From contig JALMLS010000013.1 of the NCBI GenBank assembly GCA_038496445.1, positions 1-64,000 of the forward strand: 64,000 bases of DNA, given 5' to 3'. Below the pieces are notes generated by a model, which worked only from the letters and a program-made list of their open reading frames with translations, ran no database searches and was not told where the DNA came from. Shown in pieces: positions 1 through 11,900 of the stretch; positions within the stretch are counted from its first letter, which is position 1, and the number at the start of each line of letters is the position of its first letter. The DNA comes from Trichosphaerium sp. ATCC 40318 (Eukaryota > Protista > Tubulinea). Made by a program: the position numbers and the translations under genes.

Positions 1-99
1 CACTGGAGCACTGTTGTGCTAAATGTTCACTAAACTTGTAGGTTTGGACATGGTCATAAGGTCAGAGTATGACAAAGAAACGCAAGTAATAAGTGTTCC

Positions 100-372
100 T
101 TGTCCGTATCATTCAAGTTTGCAACAGTTGGCACAAGTATCAAAGTGTAAGATATTGCACAAGAACTATCAGACCCGTAATATCTTGTCAGTTTTTGCTG
201 TAAATTAAATCACATTTCAAACGTTGTATCTGCTAGTTCTAGCAAAATAGTCAGTTATGTAAGAACTAACGTAACTTGCAAGATCTGTCAGATCTGACTA
301 AACACGAAAACCAAAAGTCACAAACAGCAAAAATTTGCACAGTTTTGCAAACTTGAATGATACGGACAATAT
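100..372. mobile_element. Non-autonomous TIR element (MITE-like), left end partly deleted
   Basis: TTGTCCGTATCATTCAAGTTTGCAA (100-124) is the exact reverse complement of TTGCAAACTTGAATGATACGGACAA (345-369). A fuller copy lies at 44255-44518. Confidence 0.65.
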
Positions 373-558
373 TAAGTACAAGGCATGTGATATTGCGATA
401 ACAAACGTATCTACATTTACACACGTCATAAATTTGCTTAATTGTTTTATCATAGTAACACGTGATGCTTCAAAACTTGTGACTCAATGGGTTGAAAGGC
501 TTCTAAAATAAAAAAAGAAAATGCCAACAAACAATCAATTTATTTATAGTTTGCTTAA

Positions 559-1016
559 CTAGCACTGAGATAGCAAGTCACATACAACATGGATGTGGTT
601 ACTATATAGATACACTCGCTTAATCACATCTATAGCGGGATACTTTCGCATTAGTACCAACCCCCATGATACCATTATAATTATTACATCTTCCAGCGCT
701 AGGTGTTCTCTGATTGCATCGTTTACACTTTTTCTTGCCTGATATGTGGTCATACTATACTTTGAAGTGAGTCGAAAGTTGAACAGTGTAGATAATGGAG
801 AAGTGCGTACATTATCATAACTCGTACTAGGGCAAGATCCCCAAGGTCGGCGCAAAAAGTTCCCGAACCTCCCTCAATTTTTTCATACAGCCTTGAACAC
901 CATTTGCCTATGCACGCTTCTACCTCTTCGTCATTTCCTGATACAGGACATGCGAACATAAAGACTACAAAAAGAATAGCCAAGGATAGCGTAGGTATTA
1001 AAGATAAGTTGCTCAT
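559..1016 (-). pseudogene. Frameshifted copy of a small secreted Cys-containing protein gene (intact paralog at 44706-45155)
   Basis: Same signal peptide and N-terminus. A 1-nt loss near 841-846 (GAC CTT GGG vs GAC GTT TGG GGA) splits the frame into ORFs 750-1016 and 559-855. Could be an assembly error. Confidence 0.7.
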
Positions 1017-1959
1017 TGTAAGTGATAATAATTTTTTGAGTGAAAAGGTGTAGAGAGTTTTTCAAGAGTTTGTCCGATGTAATCCCGATTTCAAATAACC
1101 ACAAAAACACGAAACTACACTACCCTACACGACACGACGTTTCGCTATTATAATGATCCTTGTCGACTCAACAAGTAGGAAGTTACAAACCTGCAGACGA
1201 CACATTTTCCACAAAATATGAGCCAAAATCCACTCAAGAGATTATTTATATTCCCAGGTTTAAACAGCGAATGCAAGCTAATATAGAGCACTGTTCGCTT
1301 TCGGTCACAAAATGTCATCCATTGGTGGTGTGGCAGCACAGGTTAATATTTGCTAGGTACCAAAATCCACTCAAGTGGATTTTAGTGTTATTCTGGTGGA
1401 AAATAGTATGCTTCGTACAAACCTAAGGCAAAGGTTGCCTGTTGAAATAAGCTAAAACTGCTACAGCGAACAACATCAGCTGCCTGTTGTATTAAGGAAT
1501 GTAACAACATCCACAAAAAAGGTTGTTGTCTTTTTGTAGCACGTAGAGTATGTAGTAGCTTTGGACATACAAAAGAGACCAACACCTATTTGAGCGCTAT
1601 AACCCAATCTTAATTGTCAACTTACAATAGCATTGCTTTTATTTATTCCACGGATAGTATGCACCACAGTATGTATAATTACGTTAATCAAGCAAAGGGT
1701 GAATCGTGCAAAACATACAGACCTGGCAGAGTTGACTAGCACAATGTGAATGTATCTGACATGAGAAAGCACCTTGGCTAAACAATAATTACACAAAATG
1801 CGTGGTATGTCGCATAAGGTCCTGGCATACTCTAAAATATAGTGTACACACGTTCTGTATTGTCAGGACGTTTTTTTCATTGGTGGAAAGAGCGTTTGTC
1901 AATTGTACTTAAAAAGAGTCAAAGCTGGCTTGTGGTTTATTTTTGTGATTGCTTTATTA

Positions 1960-2007
1960 TGTACAGATGTACTAGATGAGGTGTTGAAGGCCTTGTCAAG
2001 TGTGTAA
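1960..2007 (+). pseudogene. Single degenerate LRR relic of the F-box/LRR family
   Basis: Translates CTDVLDEVLKALSSV*, resembling family repeat CxxVxDEGIKALSGV. Short, so support is weak. Confidence 0.3.
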
Positions 2008-2382
2008 TCTAATAAAACCCAGCGTCAATCAAAAAATGCGAGCTACTAATTGAAATAGAAAAATGTACAGTCAATATAGAACTACATACACCACCTCTCT
2101 ACTTTCGCTACACCTATTAGTAGCACTGTACTGGTAGTCTGCTCTCGCTTGCAAACGCCAAAGTGCCTTAAAATAGGCCATACTATAGGCTGCTTAGTTG
2201 ATTTGTAGTAGCAATAAATAGAGCATCAAACAACGACAGTATGTAGTCGAGGAATTCGTGATTCATAGCATAGTATCTGGTTTTTATCAATGGCAAGTAT
2301 TTGCAAAATGCTATCAAGAAAAGGTGAGACTTTTTTTGTTAGAAAATAGTTGTTCTCAACTTGCTGATTATGAACACGTGAT

Positions 2383-5300
2383 ATGTCCGAAGAGAAAAAT
2401 CAAGCCGTTATATACCTACAGGCACTGATACGTGGATTACTTGTAAGGTGCGTAAAGAATGAAAACAATACAAAACGAACTAAAATTGGTTGGCGTTTTA
2501 CTTTATAGGCGTCTTTACCTTAGAACGTACAAGAATGTTGTAAAATGCCAATCTCAAGGCCGTATGGTTATAAAACGAAGAGAGTATTTACGCCTTCGAA
2601 AAGGAGTATTACGCGTACAAGCTATTTTTCAGGGAAGGTATGAAGGAGTTTATCACGTGTTTGGTTCAAATTCTTTTTTCTATTTTTTTTTTTGCAAAAA
2701 ATTTCGTTTTTCTGAGACGTTTACGCGCTGTGGATAACCACGTGTTCTTTTTTTAACTTTTTTATTTATTTTTTTTTCGTCTCATGAGGAGATAGGAAAG
2801 TGCGTAGGCTATTAGGACTAGAGAGAAGACTTATGAACGAGTTAAAAGATGAGTCATCTAGTGGAGTACTATTTTCTTTTTATGTTATCTCTAGGCTAAT
2901 ACGTGTGTTCTTATAGTTCGATAATGGCCTCACATGTTCTACAAACTCTGCAGATACATCAGATTCTAGTTCGGTATTAAGCGATGAAAAAGGAATAGGT
3001 ACGTTGTAAACACTTTGAAGATCTTTTCCAATTACCGCTATTTTGGTCGTTGTACACCTCTAAAAATAATATCTTACTACCCACACGTGTAACCTCCAAC
3101 CTCTTTTGTATCTATGCCTTGAACTTGACAATTGCTATTTCTGCAACATACAAAAGAACTTCTCATACCAACACAATTCTTTAATTTAGGATACGCTTCA
3201 AGTGATACATCAGAAGATGAAGAAGATGTAAAAGATTTAGGAGATATTGTGGAATTTCAAGATGAACCAGGGTACCTGCTTATAGACGGCCTTATCACGT
3301 GTATTAACTCTTTAAATAGGCACGGTACACCACTTCACAACGTACATGTTAGTCATGCAAAACTTCGTGCTTTGGTTGCTTCTAAAGGTGATAACGAATT
3401 TCGATTTGCTGGTGCTGGAGCAGCGTTAATAGAACCGGATGATATATATGAAGGGTCTTCGTCTTCATCTTCGGAAAGTCATACAACCGATTCAGATTCA
3501 GAAGCAACAGCAAATAAAAAACTAGGTACTAAAATGATTTTTTGGAAAAAACAAGTCTTCCTTGTTAACAGTCGAATAGCTTTCACAATGGACACTCTTG
3601 GGCGTAAATTCGCTAAGAAACTTGAAGAGCTTCAACTCGAAGATGCTAAATTACAGCAAGTTGCAAGTGACGTCATGCAAGGAATTAACGGTGAGTTTTT
3701 TAAAATCATCTAAAAAAACACTTTGAGGTATAATTTTTTTTACATCTAACTTGGTAGTACAAAGGTGATGTCGCCAAACCTAAAGAACATGGAGAAGTAG
3801 CAAATCTAAGAAGCTTATTAGATCAGTTATTGCCTACAGAGCAGAAAAATAGCAGAGAAAAATCAGTACCAACCAAGAAGCCTTTAGATGAAAGCGAAAG
3901 CGAAAGTGATATGTCTGAAAACAGCAGTAGTGAAGAGTTTCTTTCAATGTCTTCATCATCAAGTTACAATGACGACAAAGTTAGATTACCTGTAGTATTT
4001 GCAAATGCAAGTCCTTCAACGCCAAGAACGAAACATGAGTTGAAAGCGTTATATGGTATGCCTGGAAAGTCATCTACGAAATTATTGGATACACCAAGAC
4101 TTCATGAAGAGCTCATTTTATCTGGTTCGAGTTTTGGTGAGTATGTTGGTAACCAATCTCAGAATAATGAAGTTGATGTACGTCAGTGATTACATATATA
4201 ATTTTGGAGTACTTTTTGAGGGTGTTGGTTTAAATTGAATGGCACTAACAGTTGCTTTTCCTGTAGGACTTAAAAGCACAGTTAAGTTCGATGGAGGATG
4301 AGAAATTGCAGTTGAAGTTGGCATTACATAAATCAAGTGATAATGCACGTGATTTTATTTTATTGCGGTTATACAATATATTGTATATTGATATTTTATT
4401 CTTAGAAATCTAAAAGCTTATCGAAGAAGTCATCTACAGAGGCGAAAGGTTTGAGAAAAACGAAAAGTTCGTTTTTTTCACTTTTTTTTGTTTGTAATTT
4501 CTTAACTTTGTGATAACATTTTGGCGGCTTTTAGCTTGAAAAAGCATGATCTATGTATCTATTTATATGGCGTAACATTTGTTACGAGTTTTCCATGTCA
4601 AAGTTCACTATGTAACAACTTGTAGCACTAACTTGTTTTTTCATTGTAGGATCTGTTTCTTCTAGACCTTTTGCTAGTATTCGGAGTAATGCTGCACTAA
4701 TAGAAGAAATAGAAAGAGATTTTAAGCATGTATTAAACGCTCTTGAGGCTGATGGCCCTCAACAAAACGGATTACAACTAGCAAGAAAATGCGGCGAGAA
4801 AATCAAGAAACTAAGTTTAGAAAATATGAAGGTAAAAAAACCAAAAACTGTCCTCACTGTTCGTCTTTGTAATTCTGTTTAGGCTGAGCTTGAATTTGAG
4901 AATAACAAAGTTAATTCTTCATCAAGCACATCAAGTTCGTCATCAAAGGAGCTACAGCAAAAGCCACAAAAGACAAAGCCAAAAAAATCTGGAAGAGATT
5001 TGTTGACTCAGTCAGAATTCTCCAGAGCTAAAGGCGAGGTGGAGGGTTTCATGCTTGTACTACAAGAAGAGAATCAAAGACTCAAACAACAAGTTCAAAT
5101 TGAAATAGAGGAACAAGATAGATACGCTGCAGAACTAGAAGAAGCCGGAGAAACGCTAGAAAACTTTGAAAAAGAGCTGAAACAGCAAATCACAAAGAAT
5201 AAATTATTGACTGAAGAGAATACCATGGTCAAGGCACTCAATGAAAAAATGATGCGTGAGAAAGGTTAGTCATATTATTTCTTTACAACACGCTATTACC

Positions 5301-7240
5301 TGGACACTAAAGGAGAATTATAAATAGAAGAAATGAAGTCATATTTCGAAGCACAAAAAATGAAAGAAATTCAGCTACTTGATGATATTGCACAATTGGA
5401 TGATGCTTTGGAGGATCTTTCTGCAGATAAGATAAAAGCAGAAGCTGAAATGAGTACGCACATATACTCTTTGTTATCATAAAGTAATGTTTTTACCAAG
5501 AGGCTTATGTTGATGCAAAAGAGGAGGAACTTGCCATTGCACAGACTATGGTATTAACTGTAAAAGAAGAAAAACAACGAATTCAAATGGAAGCCGAAAT
5601 GACTCTTGAAACACGTGAAAAAGATTACAAAAAAGCTATTGAAAAACACCAAGTTGAACTGTTAGAAATAGAGCAAACTCATAGACTTCAGCAACAGGTA
5701 ACCTTCGCATCAAACTGCAAACTTTTTTTTTAGTTTTTCTCATTATTTTCTCAAGGAAACTCTTGAAGCAATGCAAAAAATGCAAGATCAGTATACAACT
5801 GTTAAATCAACAAATGATAAATTATGTGAGAGAATAGATCGCATGAATGAAAAAGCACGTGAAAAACACGTGATATTTTATTTGAAGCTAACTTTAAAAC
5901 AAAGACTTCATTTCATGTTTCAGAGATAGGAGAATTAAGGGAAAAAGTATCAAAACTTGAAGCTACAAATACAGAGCTTGAGATATCTAAGAGTAAACTA
6001 TCTTCTGAGCTCTCTCAATCTAAAACGAAAGTCGCTAAAGTGAAGCAAGAAAAGGCTATACTATACGATTCAAGCGCTCAACTTGAAGTCAAACATAAAG
6101 CATTGCAGGCAAAGGTACCACTTTTATTTGTTTTCGAACTTTGATACAAACAAGTCTACATCACTCCTAGTTTTATAGTTTCTGTGAATACGTTTTTACT
6201 GTGTAAGCGCTTACATATTAATTTAGTATGATGATATTGAGCTGCACTTGAAACGGCGAAAAGAACACATAAGATGTCTTCAAGAAGAAATCACAGAAAA
6301 AGAAAAAACAGTATGTCTTGTCCTTCATTTCTTCAATCGTGATTCCGAATATCCTAACAGCAAGTGATAATATAGATAGAAAAGCTAGATAGAATGGATG
6401 ATGGAAATTCAAAGCAGTCAATGGCTAAAACTGTTGATCTTTTAACTTTTGAAAACAATGACTTGGTAAGGTTTTTTTCTTCTTGATATTAAGTTTTCTC
6501 CCTTTGCAGTCTACCTCATTCGGTTATCTAATATATTCATATTTAGAAGCAAGCTGTATACAACCTTACTAAAAGTAAGCATGAGCTTCAAGAGCAAGTT
6601 GCTGAGGTACTTATTTGAAACGTTTGTATTTTTTAGTTGGCTTTGCGTAATGAGTGTCGCCACTTGCTTACATCTTTCTTAAGTTAGAAGAACTTGATGA
6701 AGAGAATAGTCGTCTAAAGAGACAAAATGATAAGCTAAAGAGAGAGTTGCGCAACCTACGCAAAAAGAAAGCACAACTGAACAACAAAGAAGCATCGCCA
6801 TCACCAAAACTAAGAGACACAAAAAGACAAAAATCCGATGATGATGTTAATACTCGAATCAAGACACTCCCAATGCCAGGCGATTCGCCTCAAGCACGAG
6901 CAAATAAGACATTTACAGTACACTTACCACATGGCACGTGACCTTAAAAAACATTGTCAACACGAGAACATAAACCAACGTTTTTCTAGGTCATGTAAAA
7001 CGGATTTTTTGGAAAGAAGGAATCGTGTTGAGAGACTTGTTATCTAAAATATGTCAAGCAAGAGGACTCAAAATGAATGAATATGTTGCTAGAGATTTGA
7101 ATGGTAGTGCTATAGACTCAGCTAAAACAATCGGTGATTTAGGTTTATATGAGATAACATTTAGACCTGATAAAGTTGATAAACCAAGAAGAACAAAAAG
7201 ATCAACAGCAAAACGTGAAAGAAGCAATGGAAATACTTGA
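2383..7240 (+). CDS. Multi-exon protein: N-terminal IQ motifs, acidic/Ser-rich linker, long coiled coil, C-terminal Raf-type Ras-binding domain
   Basis: Spliced translation MSEEKNQAVIYLQALIRGLLVR|RLYLRTYKNVVKCQSQGRMVIKRR...VQAIFQGR (IQ-like), E/K/Q-rich heptad exons at 4270-6780, and FTVHLPHG|HVKRIFWKEGIVLRDLLSKICQARGL...EITF (RBD-like). The 3' end is uncertain. Confidence 0.8.
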
Positions 7241-7718
7241 AAAACAATAAAAAATAAAACAATTAAACGCTCCTGTGTACTCTTTAATACAATGCTTATC
7301 TTAAGCACAAGTATCTGCTAATTCCGTAGCTACAATGTGTAACTAGAGGTGGTCGTGGTCCGTCCTTTAGCCGGCAGGGTAGTGATTCAATTGAACAGTG
7401 GAAGAAGTTGGTTACAGATTTCATACCTCGCTGGTCAACCTCGTGCGCTCGCAAATTTTTTTTTTTATTACTCCAGGTTCCACGTATACCCGTGTGACAC
7501 CAGTGCCTGCAAGTACATTTGCAGAACATAGTAATTGCTTGTGGGAAATAAAATGGACTTAGAAGAAAGATAGACAAGTAACAAACAGAAGAAGGAACAA
7601 AAGCATGAATGTATTTGTTGAAGCATCTGCAAAACACGTGTCAATGTTGATGATCTTGTACCTTAGCCATCATGTTTTAAGTTGACCTTAAACATCAAGG
7701 CCTTAATCAACTGTTCAT

Positions 7719-8852
7719 TTATACAAAATGACTATACTGGTACGTAGAGCAGTACTGTCTATTATGATTTGTAATTAAGGTATGAACGCCTGAAAGAGGC
7801 TTGATTCCTTCATCTGTGATATTGCAATAAGAAAGATCTATTGTATGAACACCTGAAAGCGCTTTTATACCTTCATCTGTTACATGACACCAAGAAAGGT
7901 TAATTGTGTGAACGCCTGAAAGAGCTTTTATACCTTCATCTGTGACATGTTTACACTCAGAAAGGTTAATTGTGTGAACACCTGAAAGAGCTTTGATTCC
8001 TTCATCTGTTACATTGCAATGTGAAAGATCTATTGTATGTACACCTGAAAGCGCTTTTATACCCTCATCTGTAATATGTTTACACCCAGAAAGGGTAATT
8101 GTGTGAGCATATGAAAGAGCCTTGATTCCTTCATCTGTGACATTGCAATGTGAAAGATCTATTGTATGTACACCTGAAAGTGCTTTTATACCTTCATCTG
8201 TAACATTTTCACACCAAGAAAGGTTAATTGTGTGAACGCCTGAAAGAGCTTTTATACCTTCATCTGTAACATATTCACACCCAGAAAGGTTAATTGTGTG
8301 AGCACATGAAAGAGCCTTGATTCCTTCATCTGTGACATTGCAATGAGAAAGATCTATTGTATGAACACCTGAAAGTGCTTTGATACCTTCATCACCAACG
8401 CCGCAGCAACTGCATAGATTAATAGTGTGAACACCTGAGAGTGCCTTGATTACTTCATCACCAATGGCCCAGCATTGAGAAAGATCTATTGTATGAACAC
8501 CTGCAAATGCTTGTACAACCTTATTAGTAATACATTCGCACTCAGGAAGGGTGTTTAGTAGGGAAATATCAAAAATTCTGATTTTAGTTTTCTTAAGAGT
8601 GCTAGCGTGTTTTAGAAGTGACTTCGCTTGTGACATTGTTGCAATTGTAACAGTGTCATATCCAATAAGGTCGTGGATGACTGAAGCCATACGATGACAG
8701 GTTTGACATGCTGCAAATCGTGCTTTTGTTGTTTGTTTTAAAATATGAGCTAGAATCTCTGTTGGCAGTTCCAGAAGGCTTGTTGGCACACTTTTGGAAT
8801 TTTAGAGCAGCGAAATACATAAGTAAAGCGTTTTGCACCTTTGATTTGACAT
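7719..8852 (-). CDS. F-box + LRR protein (11 full 21/22-aa repeats)
   Basis: Exon 1 8852-8839 (MSNQS), phase-2 intron 8838-8791, then the F-box SLLELPTEILAHIL...ACQTCHRMASVI and tandem VHTIxLSxCxxVTDEGIKALSG repeats without introns. Confidence 0.9.
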
Positions 8853-8913
8853 TAGTTCTGCCGTAAACAGTTTCTTTTTAGCGTTAGGGAGTGTAAATAG
8901 TAAATATTACTGC
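8569..8913 (-). repeat. Segment duplicated in inverted orientation at ~50195-50538 (promoter, exon 1, intron, F-box)
   Basis: Reverse complement of 8790-8913 matches 50195-50316 (e.g. TTTACTATTTACACTCCCTAACGCTAAAAAGAAAC), and the F-box coding parts are near identical. Confidence 0.9.
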
Positions 8914-8998
8914 ACGCTTTCGAAACACATGTTTTTATAGCTTTAGCGGTCTCGCTTTTTCTTATTTTTGTGCTTACGCGAGTTTACAACACGTGCAT

Positions 8999-11900
8999 AT
9001 GATAAAACTACGTATATTAGCACTCTTTCTTGTGCTTTACGCTGTACCAAACATAGCTCAAATTACTGAGTGCCCCGCTTCGCAAAGAACAGTAGCACAA
9101 GAAGAAGACCTTATTAACTTCCTCAAAATACTCCAACGTACGTCAAATAAACTTCAAATTTTTCTTTAATCACGTGATTCAAAAGCTAAACAATTAATTA
9201 CCGTAATGTGTCCTTATTATCTTTAATCAGGGGATATAACGGGATGGAATCCGCCTATAAATTTTAGTATAAGCGACAATATAGATTTAGGTAATCACAT
9301 ATGTTTTGGAGTACCTTGGATCACCTGCGTTGGTTTTAGCGTTGGTAACCAAGATTGTAGGTTTATAAAATCGATGTACGTTTATAACTTTATTAAGCTG
9401 CCCGTAAACTACTTATTTTATACATCCACGCGTATATAAATGCTCTCGAGATAGCTAGAATTTTGCACCACTTCACTCAACCAACTAAACAAAAAAACAA
9501 ATACGAACACTTTTCTTGCTATCCTCCGCGTCACTGTACTAACTTATGTTGCTCTAGAAAATACACTGAACCAAATGAACTGCAAGGATTTATGTCTGAA
9601 GAGTTATTTGCTTCTCTTGCCGATGCTACTAATGCCTTGGTAGTTAGTTCGTTTACAGAGTTGTACGTAGTTTTTATTGAAACGCGACAACACGTGTGCC
9701 GAGCTCCTCGTTTGCTTGCTTGTATTCTCGTTCTATTCTAATTTGTTGATATAGTATTATCCAAGATCAGCCAAGACTAGTAGGAGATATACCAACTAGT
9801 TTATTTAATTTTTTTCCGCGAGACTCCACTAGGATCAATGGACTTGAAACTTTAATAATTTCAAACACGAGTTTGGGAGGTTCTTTGGTAGAAGATACAA
9901 CTCTACTTTCAGCAATAACTATGTACGCATTTGACTTCTTATGTCCATCAATCACATGTTTATCACGTGATATTTTGGACCGAAAGAAATAGTAAAAAAC
10001 TTATTGTATTTACCTTTCTATCATCAATAATCACGACACTTATTTGTTGTACATAGCGACTTTTCAAACAACAGAATGACTGGTGGAATCCCTCCTGAAT
10101 ACGTGGATAAAACAATACTCAATAATTTAGTCAACATGAACCTGAAGAATAACCAACTGAGTGGTGAACTACCACCAACGGACAATGATATATTAGAATT
10201 GTACGTATCAAAAAAAAAAGTAACACGTGTTCATTTGGCTTCTCTGTGAGTCTTCACAACTTACTTTAAATAATATAGGGATGTCTCTTTCAATGGCTTT
10301 ACAGAGTACTCAGGACCTATTAAAATAAAGTCGTTGTACGTTGTCATCTTTGCCATAGTGAAGGTATCGAAGTACATAGCTAACCGTAATGTATTCTAGG
10401 ATAGCTTCGAACAACTCACTTACGACATTTCCGCCAATTACATTCAATGGTTTATCGGTTTTGTATGAACTTCGAAGTCTGTCAGCCTTTTTCTAAACTG
10501 GTTATGCCTATAGGAATCTCGAAGGAAACGATATTCAGAGTACGATACCAGAAGCTTTGTTAGCATCGCCAACTTTAGAAGTACTGTAAGTCTACCACTG
10601 CCAGCTTAATACGTTGATTTGCTCAATGAAGATACGCTTTAGACGACTTGGACATAATAAATTCGAAGGAAGATTGCCGGAGAGTCTAACAAACACAGAA
10701 TCATCTAATCTTAGTGTCTTGTATGTGCCTAGTACTAGAAAGTTCATTAGTAATTACTAACACACTTTAGAGACATCCAAAACAACATTATACGTGGGAG
10801 GCTACCGACAAACATATTTGCTCTTAAGAAACTAACAGAATTGTACGTTTTCTGAGTAAAAGTCTTTCTGTTTTCTCATCACGTGTTCTAGCCGTGCCAA
10901 CCGAAATTTCCTTTACTACACTATTCCTTCTCTTCCAGTTGATACTTTGCTACTACATCTGTACGTCAGACATGCAGTATATGAATACTAATAAGTCAAA
11001 AGCGATTTACAAGATAACTACTTCAGTGTATGTCCCGAAGACTTATTAGCAAATGTAGCAACGAACACATTACAAACATGGTAATTTTAAGTGTAGTATA
11101 ATAATACAACTCACGCACGTAGTATTCTCGATTGTAATCACTTTCATGACTGTGAAACATGTGATATCAGCAAGCTTTCTGTGTGCGTTACAGATCAGAC
11201 AACTCTTTGTTCAGAAGAAAATACATGCCGTAAGTGTTGTAACCTTTTTTGGACCTGACATCTCTAATCTACTTTTAAGGAATGGACAACATGAACACCT
11301 TGCCTCCTATTTTAGAACCATCAGCTGCCGCACCAACAGCACGTGCGTACACGTGGAATTTTATATGAATCAGAATTCGCCTTTTTTTTTTTCTTATCAT
11401 CTATTTCAGAAAGTGCACCAAAAGAGATTATTCCTGTTCGTCAATGTATCAGGACACTACCAAACGATGAAGGTTTTGAACTTTATTTTGGTTATCACAA
11501 TGAAGGCGGCCCACGTTTCATAGAAGCAGGTATGTGCTTCGTATCTCAAAAAAGTGCTAAAACAGTACAATTTAGGAAGTGTGAATAATCGCGTTTTTCC
11601 ACCTCCTATAAACCAACACAATGTGTCCTTCTTTGCTCCAGGAAGGTCTCCAACATTCCCAGGTTATGTATTTTCTCTTACATCAGATGGTACAGAAGAG
11701 TTTATCAGGTACTGACAAAATACATGATCTTGAACTAAACTTTCGATGAGGTGGATAATCGGAAATCAAACAATGGACTCTCCTCCAAACAGCTTCATAA
11801 GCGTTATAGCTCCAGGCAATATAACCAATAGTTTTGAATGTCCCACAGGTAATTATATAAATTTAACACGTGCTATTTAAAAAAATATAAGAGATGAGGT

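Larger units (their letters stand above)
1..1747 (+). repeat. Copy A of a ~1.75 kb dispersed direct duplication (copy B at 44139-45886); may extend left of the window
   Basis: Co-linear high similarity from CACTGGAGCACTGTTGTGCT (1 / 44139) to GACTAGCACAATGT (1747 / 45886), with paired ORFs in both copies. Confidence 0.95.

Noticed and set aside
5855-5904. Sixth GC-AG intron (AAA|GCACGT)
   Set aside because: An in-phase GT donor (CAC|GTGATA) 15 nt downstream also restores the frame, so GC use is not required.
7790-8510. Regular 63/66-bp direct repeats as a CRISPR-like array
   Set aside because: They are in-frame LRR coding units with codon-structured variation, and there are no unique spacers or cas genes.
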